From Lama guanicoe (Eukaryota): DNA of 34,641 nucleotides. Positions 26,571 through 34,641 of the stretch are shown here, piece after piece. Each line of letters begins with the position of its first letter. The first letter of the stretch is position 1. The position numbers and the translations under genes were made by a program. The notes beneath the pieces are model-generated. The model worked only from the letters and a program-made list of their open reading frames with translations. It was not told the DNA's origin and searched no databases. The stretch lies in the NCBI GenBank assembly GCA_013239625.1, contig MU053785.1:1-34641 (forward strand). Direction: 5' to 3'.

Positions 26571-27834
26571 TGGAGGTGTTGGAAAAAATATTAACACAGT
26601 CCATAATTTGCAATGTCTTGGCTCTTGCTTCTGGATACAAAATAAGAAAAGGTCCTCACTGAGGACCCTCACCAGGACACAGCCAGGAAGAGCCAAATGT
26701 ACAGCTTGGGGGGAAGAGCCAAATCCTGGGAAGAAGTACAAACATTTGAGACCCAAGCTAGACTTGGATCCTGCCCACAAATACCAGAAATATGATCTGT
26801 GGCACATTGTATAAGGAATAACTGGCTCAGATTCTTATATGATTCTTCCTTCATAATCTGAATTTTGAGTATGCAGGAAATGTCCTTTGGTGACCCCCAC
26901 ATCCCAGTTCTGTCATCCACGGGAGAGCCAGTGGCTTTCTCCCAGTTGTGTCCCAGGGAAAGACAGACACTCCCAGTAAACTCCCAAGGACTGAACCTGA
27001 TTGTCAATCTACACAAGGCCAGGCCAGGAAAGAGCAGAAGCTGATACTGACAAGCCATCCAGAACTGTGACCCTCCAGACTGGTCACACATGCATCCATG
27101 GACATGCAAACTTCCTCACACTCAGAGGGGAGACACAGTGGCAGAATATGATGCTTCCCAGTAGCTACCCATCCTCAAGCTTCAATCAGTACAAGTTGCA
27201 CCGCTGGTAGCCACATTTAAGTCTTTATTAAGTAGTTACTTATTTATTTTAGCTTTTCCTCCATTATTTTCTATTAAATCTTCCAAAGCCAAAGGTTACT
27301 TCCCATGAAAAATGAAGAAATTAGTTTTATATCAGCCAACTAAAGAATGACTGAACTATGCTCGCATATACATTCACATGCAGATTTGGAAAAAGTCATA
27401 GGTTTATTAAAATAAAGTGAAATATATTATTGATTCTCATGCAACTCATTCTTTCATGTGCATTCATACTGCATTATGTAAAGTGAATTACATTTGGGAT
27501 AAAGCAGTAACAAACTGATTAAAAAAGTCCTTTCTGGAATTCCAATTCAGTTAAGAATTAGACAATTCACAAAAGACTGTACTTTACATGCACATGGTAA
27601 TAAAAGCTTGAAGGGAAATGAGGCAGGGAGGTGGGACGGATAGTGATGCATGGGACTGTCATCATTGTTCTCACTGGGTGATCACTACAAGGGATCCTGG
27701 GAGATCTTACTGACAAGCAGGCATTTGAGCCAAGACCTGAAGGAAGGAGGGAGACCACGGAGGGTCTCCCCAGGGAGGATTCAACGCAGAGGGAAGAGCT
27801 AATGCCAGGCCCTGGGGAAGGACATTCTCAAGAA

Positions 27835-28310
27835 AGTAATGGACAACCCACAGAATGAGAGAATTTTTTTCCAAATCATATTTCTGAAAAGAGCATTTTA
27901 TCTAGAATACATAATTGCTAATACATATTGCTCCAAAGAAGATATACAAATGGCCAACAAGCATATGAAAGAAGCTCAATATCAGGGAAGCGCAATCCAA
28001 AACCACAAGGAGATGCCACTTTAGAACCACGAGGATGACTGTATCAAAAAGATAGACGATAACAGGTGTTGGCTATAATGGAGAGATAAATTGGAACTCT
28101 CATAATCTACTAGTGGAAATATGTAAAACGATGCAGCCACTTTGGAAACAGCCTGGAATTTCTAAAAAGGCCAACCATAGAGTTTCCTTATAACCCAGCC
28201 ATGACAATCTCAGGTATGCAGCTGTGAGAAATAAAACCTAGATCCCCAAAAAACTGGTTACAAATGTTCACAGCAAAATTATTTCTCATAAAAAAAAAAA
28301 TTGAAAACAA
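27835..28310 (+). mobile_element. Old L1 (L1M-type) ORF2 3' fragment next to the CpG island
   Basis: aaagaagatatacaaatggccaacaagcatatgaaa; gcagccactttggaaaca; aatgttcacagca. Confidence 0.8.
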
Positions 28311-29100
28311 ATTGCGTGGACACCAGTTCACATAACCCGTCTCCACCCTGAGGCGCAGCCCCGCCCCCAGACCACAGGAGCCAATCCGCGCTCGCGCTTC
28401 CCGGCCCCGCCCCAGAGCTCTCCTGAGCTGCGCCCCTCCCTCCGCCTACCGGCCCGCCAGTTGGTCAGGCAGGGAAGCGGCGGGCGGCGGTTGGCAGTTG
28501 GTCTGAGCGTCTGGCCGTTCCGACGCCCCGCAGCTCCCCTGAGGCTGTTGCTGTGGTGGCGGCGGCGGCGCGGTCCCTCCGGGAGGAGCGGCATGGGCCG
28601 AGCGGCGCCCGCGGAGTGTTGAGCCCAGCACGGCGGCAGCAGTGGAGACGGCGGCAGGCGCGGGCCCCGAGCTGGTCCGCGGGCAGGTGTTCGACGTGGG
28701 GCCGCGCTCCAGCAGTCTCATCCTCGAGGGCTCCTACCGCGTGGTGTGGTGAGTGTCCGCGCCCCGCGTGCCGGCCACGCCCGCCCGGCCTCCCGCTCCG
28801 CCTCGTCGAATGCGACCGTTGCCCCGGCCTGACCCGCGACTCCGACCCTGGCCGGACCGCAGCCGGGCTGCCCCGTCGTCCGCGCGCCGGGGGTCTCGAG
28901 CGGGGTCGGGTCGCTTGGGCGGGGGCGTTACTCGCAGCGCTTCCCGGGCGGCCCTCGATGGCCCGCGGAGTGGGGGAGGGGAGCTGGGGTCGGAGGCCGG
29001 GACCCGGGGAACCCGGGACCTCAGGACGCGAACGGACCCCCACCCCAGAGTGCTCGCCTAGCGGCCTTCCCTTGACGTCCCCATAGTGAAGCCGCGAATT
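28310..29100 (+). promoter_or_regulatory. CpG island promoter derived from MAPK1
   Basis: Very GC- and CpG-dense. GC boxes (ccccgcccc near 28359 and 28405) and CCAAT at 28381-28385 lie just upstream of the MAPK1-like exon. No TATA box. Confidence 0.8.
28430..28748 (+). pseudogene. MAPK1: Degenerate unprocessed copy of MAPK1 (ERK2) exon 1, probably now a non-coding first exon
   Basis: 28630-28748 reads (T)[38 protein letters not shown] versus ERK2 [40 protein letters not shown]. It ends at the MAPK1 exon 1 boundary GTGTG|gtgagt (donor at 28749). Upstream sequence resembles the MAPK1 5' UTR (gcccctccctccgcc; ggcggcggcgcggtccct). No in-frame ATG. Confidence 0.9.
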
Positions 29101-29599
29101 ACTTCAGATGCTTGAGGAGGCGGCTGTGGTCTGGTTGTCAGCGGTGGGTGTGCACAACCCTGAAGTCATCGTCTTGTTTTCCTCCCTTCCCTGCCTTTTC
29201 CGCGGTCGGCTTTGGTTCAGCACCTTCCGTGGTGCCAGGGGTGCTCCCCTGCGCAGGCTCTCTAAAAGGCATGTAGTGGCACCAGTGTGGGTGTGAAATG
29301 GGTTTGGGTACTGTTCGCGTTTCAGGAAGGGTAAGTCAGCATCGCTGTTGTGATTTAAGGAGTCTTTTGGAGTTGGCCCCTTTTATATATTTTTTTATAT
29401 TTATATATTTATTATTATATTTTTCCCCCCTTATACCCCGCGTCGGCTCTCGTACTACCATAAAGGCGTCCAGAGGTTTTAGCACAATGACTGTGGACTT
29501 TTCCTGTTAAAGCTTTAGTAGCCAGTGCCACTTTCCATTAGTAAATTTTGTTTTCCCTTCTGCTTTAACCCATAGTGAGTGGTTTTAGTTAATACTGGC

Positions 29600-29930
29600 A
29601 TTGACATTTTTTAGCTCTTAATTTTATATAAGAAAAAAGTAAATTAAAAAGAACTATTATTCATATAGTTGAACTTGTTTTGTTTTATGAATTGCTAATT
29701 TAAATATATGCCTAATTTATACATATATATACTAATATATATATAATATATAAAGCTATTTTAAAATATATAAAACTAATACATATATAATGTATACTAA
29801 TATACGCTAGTTTAAACATACCAATATAAGTGTATTTATATATTTATATAAATTTAATCTAAACAGTAATTTAAATATATTAAATACTAATTTAAATATA
29901 TTGAATTTATATAAATATATACTGTTGAAT
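29600..29930. repeat. AT-rich low-complexity tract
   Basis: Almost pure A/T with repeated atactaat and aaatata motifs. Confidence 0.8.
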
Positions 29931-30148
29931 TTTCACCACTTAAAAATAAGGCCAGTAAGTTGTTTTTATTACCTTGGTATGTAGGAAACTAGAGATAAAA
30001 TATCCAATATATATGGATTGAGCGGGCATTCCCTGGACTCCAGGAGGGCTCCCTCCAAGCTCCCCTCCTCCGCCTGAGGGACTCAGTTCAAGCTACTGAT
30101 GTTAGCACTTCTCCGTTACAGACTAGGCTTAATTCTAACCTAACCTAT

Positions 30149-30827
30149 NNNNNNNNNNNNNNNNNNNNNNNNNNNNNNNNNNNNNNNNNNNNNNNNNNNN
30201 NNNNNNNNNNNNNNNNNNNNNNNNNNNNNNNNNNNNNNNNNNNNNNNNNNNNNNNNNNNNNNNNNNNNNNNNNNNNNNNNNNNNNNNNNNNNNNNNNNNN
30301 NNNNNNNNNNNNNNNNNNNNNNNNNNNNNNNNNNNNNNNNNNNNNNNNNNNNNNNNNNNNNNNNNNNNNNNNNNNNNNNNNNNNNNNNNNNNNNNNNNNN
30401 NNNNNNNNNNNNNNNNNNNNNNNNNNNNNNNNNNNNNNNNNNNNNNNNNNNNNNNNNNNNNNNNNNNNNNNNNNNNNNNNNNNNNNNNNNNNNNNNNNNN
30501 NNNNNNNNNNNNNNNNNNNNNNNNNNNNNNNNNNNNNNNNNNNNNNNNNNNNNNNNNNNNNNNNNNNNNNNNNNNNNNNNNNNNNNNNNNNNNNNNNNNN
30601 NNNNNNNNNNNNNNNNNNNNNNNNNNNNNNNNNNNNNNNNNNNNNNNNNNNNNNNNNNNNNNNNNNNNNNNNNNNNNNNNNNNNNNNNNNNNNNNNNNNN
30701 NNNNNNNNNNNNNNNNNNNNNNNNNNNNNNNNNNNNNNNNNNNNNNNNNNNNNNNNNNNNNNNNNNNNNNNNNNNNNNNNNNNNNNNNNNNNNNNNNNNN
30801 NNNNNNNNNNNNNNNNNNNNNNNNNNA
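30149..30827. other. Assembly gap (679 N)
   Basis: Run of N. Confidence 1.
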
Positions 30828-31356
30828 AAAAAAAATGCGTGTAAACATGTTTCAGACTGTGCTTAGCATGTGTTCAGTATCCACTAAGACTCTTGTCTTT
30901 TCCCCTTGGTTTCATCAGGCAGCTGCTTGTTTTGTTTGTTTTTAAGGAACCAGCCTTTAGATTTCTTTCTTTCTTAATTTCTCAGTTCTCTCATTCATTT
31001 ATATCTGTTTTCATTTTTCCGTCTTTTACCTTCTTTTAGGATTTCTTGCTGATCTCATAGTGTCTTCATTTATTGAAAATTCAATTGCACACCTTCCACA
31101 CACCAGGCTTTGTGCCACGTGTTGGGAATGCAGTGGTCAGCAGATAAAGATGCCCTGTCCCCAGGAAGCTTATAGTTGAGCCCAGAATTTAATTCTCTTT
31201 AATTAATAATAAAAATATATCTATATACAGATACATAGGCATATGTATGAGTGTAGATATGGCTGCTTTCTGTAATTTTTGTTATAGAGTCATATTCTCA
31301 TCATTGTCTAAATCTCTACTGTATAATGTTGAATCATAGAAAATTGTTGATATTCA

Positions 31357-31760
31357 GGATCAACACAGGATCAACCCAAAGAGGAACACACCAAGGCACA
31401 TGGTCATCAAATTGACCAAAATAAAGGATAAGGAGAAAATATTAAAATTAGCAGTAGAAAAGCAACAAAAAACATACAAGGGAACTCCCATAAGGCTATC
31501 AGCTGATTTTTCAGCAGAAACTCTACAGGCCAGAAGGGAGTGGCACGATATATTTAAAGTAATGAAAGGGGAAAATTTACAACCGAGAATACTCTTTCCA
31601 TCCAAAGTGTCACAGATAAATGGAAGCTAAAAGATTTCAGCACCACCAAACCAGCTTTACAACAAGTGTTAAAGGACCTTCTTTAGTCATCAAACCATAA
31701 GAAAAGAAAACAAAAAGAAGAAAGTGGAGAAAAAAATAAAAAAGACAGACCTACAAAAGA
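31357..31760 (+). mobile_element. L1 ORF1 C-terminal fragment
   Basis: Encodes KDKEKILKLAVEKQQKTYKGTPIRLSADFSAETLQARREWHDIFKVMK, typical of L1 ORF1p. Confidence 0.9.
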
Positions 31761-32280
31761 TTGCTTTGGCTGTTCAGTGTCTTTTATGGTTCCTTACAAA
31801 TTTTGGAATTGTTTGTTCTAGTTCTGTGAAGAATGTCATGAATATTTTGATGGGGCTGCATTGGATCTGTGGGTTGCTTTGGGCAGTGTGGCCATTTTGA
31901 TAGTGTTGATTATTAAAATCCAAGAGCACAAGAAGTCTTTCCATTTCTTTGTGTCATTTCAGTTTTCAGGATATAGGTAACCTCCTTGGATAAGTTTATT
32001 TCTAGGTATTTTGTTGTTTTTCATGTAATAGAACTGCCTCTGCCAGTTAAAAATGTCTGGTTTTTGAAGTGAAAAGAAAAGTGAATGAAGGGCAGCAAAT
32101 GGCAAAATATCCTTCTTTTTTATGAGTGAGTTGTATTCATATATATATATATATGATATATATATATACTGCATCTTCTTTATCTATTCAACTATTGATG
32201 TACACTTAAGATGCTTCCTTATCTCAGCAATTATAAATAATGTTGCTGTTAATAGCAAGGCATATGTATCTTTTTCAATT
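31760..32280 (-). mobile_element. L1 ORF2 fragments, antisense and discontinuous
   Basis: ttgctttggctgttcagtgtcttttatggttcc...ttgctttgggcagtgtggccatttt, followed by gcaaatggcaaaatatccttc...catcttctttatctattc. Confidence 0.8.
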
Positions 32281-32414
32281 AATTCTTATTTTGTGGTTGG
32301 CTTTATTCCTTTGATAATGATGTAAGTTTAAAAAGCTAAAGTGCTAAACGTTCTTACAAACAATAAACAGTTCATATAGGTAAATTTTAAAAATATAGTT
32401 GCAGTAAAAAAAAA

Positions 32415-32912
32415 GCTAAAGCCATGAGAGACAGGGAAGTAACTTAAAAGACCTATTACTAAATGAAAAGAGCCAGTCTGAAAAGGCTACAAACTGTAGG
32501 ATTCCAACCAAATGACATTCTGGAAAAGGCACAGCTACAGAAACAATAAAAAGATCCTGGGGAGAGGGAGGGAGGGATGAATAGATGGTGCACAAGGGAT
32601 TTTTAGGGCAATGAAATTATTCTGTGTGATTCTATAGTGGCTACATGTCATGATGCATTTGTCAAAGCCCACAGAATGTACAACATCAAGAGTGAACCCT
32701 AATGTAAACTATAGACTTTGGTTGATAATAATGTGCCCATGTTGGTTCATCAGTTGTACCAAACATGCCACACTGATGCGGAATGTTGAGGCTAGGGGAG
32801 TATGTGTGTGTGGTGGTGATGATGAGGGATATGTGTGAACACTCTGTATTGTCTGCTCAATTCTGCTGTGAATCTGAAACTGCTCAAAAAGAATAAAGTC
32901 TATTAAAAAAAA
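32415..32912 (+). mobile_element. L1MC-type 3' end
   Basis: agccagtctgaaaaggctac, tttgtcaaagcccacagaatgtacaac, gtgaaccctaatgtaaactat, then aataaagtctattaaaaa. Confidence 0.85.
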
Positions 32913-33715
32913 NNNNNNNNNNNNNNNNNNNNNNNNNNNNNNNNNNNNNNNNNNNNNNNNNNNNNNNNNNNNNNNNNNNNNNNNNNNNNNNNNNNNNNNN
33001 NNNNNNNNNNNNNNNNNNNNNNNNNNNNNNNNNNNNNNNNNNNNNNNNNNNNNNNNNNNNNNNNNNNNNNNNNNNNNNNNNNNNNNNNNNNNNNNNNNNN
33101 NNNNNNNNNNNNNNNNNNNNNNNNNNNNNNNNNNNNNNNNNNNNNNNNNNNNNNNNNNNNNNNNNNNNNNNNNNNNNNNNNNNNNNNNNNNNNNNNNNNN
33201 NNNNNNNNNNNNNNNNNNNNNNNNNNNNNNNNNNNNNNNNNNNNNNNNNNNNNNNNNNNNNNNNNNNNNNNNNNNNNNNNNNNNNNNNNNNNNNNNNNNN
33301 NNNNNNNNNNNNNNNNNNNNNNNNNNNNNNNNNNNNNNNNNNNNNNNNNNNNNNNNNNNNNNNNNNNNNNNNNNNNNNNNNNNNNNNNNNNNNNNNNNNN
33401 NNNNNNNNNNNNNNNNNNNNNNNNNNNNNNNNNNNNNNNNNNNNNNNNNNNNNNNNNNNNNNNNNNNNNNNNNNNNNNNNNNNNNNNNNNNNNNNNNNNN
33501 NNNNNNNNNNNNNNNNNNNNNNNNNNNNNNNNNNNNNNNNNNNNNNNNNNNNNNNNNNNNNNNNNNNNNNNNNNNNNNNNNNNNNNNNNNNNNNNNNNNN
33601 NNNNNNNNNNNNNNNNNNNNNNNNNNNNNNNNNNNNNNNNNNNNNNNNNNNNNNNNNNNNNNNNNNNNNNNNNNNNNNNNNNNNNNNNNNNNNNNNNNNN
33701 NNNNNNNNNNNNNNN
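32913..33715. other. Assembly gap (803 N) hiding the 5' part of the cTAGE-like ORF
   Basis: Run of N; the ORF is already open at the right edge. Confidence 1.
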
Positions 33716-33716
33716 A

Positions 33717-33998
33717 GAGAAGGAGCCAGTAAACGTACCCAGCCTCACTAAGGCTTACAGACACTTGATGACGGTCAACCTGAGTTCAAGGAAGGAAATC
33801 ACTTTTCTCATTGAAGAACTGAGGAAAGAGAGATCCCTGCAGTCTATTCAAGCAGAGGTGGTGGAGATGCTGAAACTGCGCACGTTCCTAGAAGAGGTCA
33901 CGAGAATCAGCACATCACAAGGGGCTGTTACAAACCAGCCAGGGGACCAGGCACCAAACCTTGATGATCCCTTTCCCAGGAGTGGGCCCTCGTATTAA
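33717..33998 (+). CDS. 3' part of a diverged cTAGE5/MIA2-like retrocopy ORF; 5' end in the gap; retrogene or processed pseudogene
   Basis: Open from the gap edge to TAA at 33996-33998. EKEPVNVPSLTKAYRHLMTVNLSSRKEITFLIEELRKERSLQSIQAEVVEMLKLRTFLEEVTRISTSQ aligns with one gap to recalled cTAGE5 [69 protein letters not shown]. The following DPFPRSGP resembles cTAGE5 GPFLRRGP. Confidence 0.72.
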   Translation, partial: EKEPVNVPSLTKAYRHLMTVNLSSRKEITFLIEELRKERSLQSIQAEVVEMLKLRTFLEEVTRISTSQGAVTNQPGDQAPNLDDPFPRSGPSY

Positions 33999-34580
33999 AG
34001 CTTTGCTGTGCCCTCCCCTCCACCCAGGCCTCCCAAGCTGCCGGGCTGCATTCACTCACCCTGTCAGATCTCCACCTGCGCTGCAAGGAGGCCAGTGGAT
34101 GGAGGAGCATCCCCTCCTTTGGACCAGAGTCCCTCCAACTGTACCAGTGAGCACAGCAGTGAACTTCTTCATGGTCACCTTCTCCATCTCAAATGTATGG
34201 AATTCCCAGAAAACACCAAGAAATGTGGGACTTTCTCAATATTCACAGAATGCTCGAATTGTCTCTAATTAGCAGTGAAAGAAATGTGTTTAAGAGACTG
34301 ATCTTTTACTCAGTTTGAACCTTCCTTGCACCACATTTCTTAAGGCAGTTTTAGTAGCTATTGTACATCAATTGTAGAAATGTATATATAGGTTTCTGTA
34401 TACAAATATTGCAGTATAATTAGATAACACATGTAGTTTATCAGTATAGAGTTTAAGTTGGCCATAGTATTTTTTCTAGAGTTGAAATCTTAAAAGTCAT
34501 CAGTTTAAGGAAATGAGTTTTTATACTTATATTCTGTCATAACAATAGATATATTTAAAAATAAATTTGGTGAATTTCAT
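33999..34580 (+). other. Putative 3' UTR of the cTAGE-like gene, containing the decayed cTAGE5 C-terminus
   Basis: About 34146-34230 encodes SEHSSELLHG, similar to cTAGE5 SEGRSEFPSG, and contains ccagaaaacaccaagaaa, similar to the PEPQQET codons. gactgatcttttactcagttt near 34296 resembles the recalled CTAGE5 3' UTR. The rest is AT-rich. Confidence 0.55.
34560..34565 (+). terminator. Polyadenylation signal AATAAA
   Basis: AATAAA followed about 13 nt later by CA and then a T/GT-rich tract (ttgtttctttttcc). Confidence 0.5.
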
Positions 34581-34641
34581 GGAGATTGTTTCTTTTTCCT
34601 GCAGTAATGCTACAGTATGAGTTTTCTGACCAAACCAAGAA

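Noticed and set aside
28430..28748. Functional MAPK1 gene, or a processed MAPK1 pseudogene
   Set aside because: No start codon and a destroyed GxGxxG loop argue against a functional kinase. Homology stops at the exon 1 donor and continues as intron, so it is not a retrocopy.
28328..29086. Overlapping 88-192 aa Arg/Pro/Gly-rich ORFs
   Set aside because: Expected in stop-poor CpG-island DNA; none corresponds to the ERK2-like exon 1 translation or resembles a known protein.
30135..33764. Long ORFs of 237, 281 and 351 aa
   Set aside because: Artefacts of translating through N gaps.

Overview
Repeat-rich mammalian genomic DNA, most likely camelid (two Vic-1-like tRNA-derived SINEs), with two N gaps at 30149-30827 and 32913-33715. 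No complete protein-coding gene is visible, and most listed ORFs are spurious or L1-derived. Three gene-derived pieces from unrelated parents are recognisable. (1) A 167-bp minus-strand exon equivalent to FMN2 (formin-2) exon 2 at 10570-10736, with intact splice sites and many AT-to-GC replacements. (2) A CpG island at about 28310-29100 that is an unprocessed copy of the MAPK1/ERK2 promoter, exon 1 and start of intron 1. It keeps the splice donor but has lost all three ERK2 ATGs and the Gly-rich loop. (3) About 5 kb downstream on the same strand, the 3' part of a diverged, intronless, internally deleted cTAGE5/MIA2-like ORF (33717-33998) with a 3' UTR and AATAAA; its 5' part is hidden in a gap. 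The best candidate for an undescribed system is a chimeric gene in which a duplicated MAPK1 promoter and now non-coding exon 1 drive a shortened cTAGE5-derived retrogene. All homology calls come from my recall of the human sequences and repeat consensi, not from a database search.
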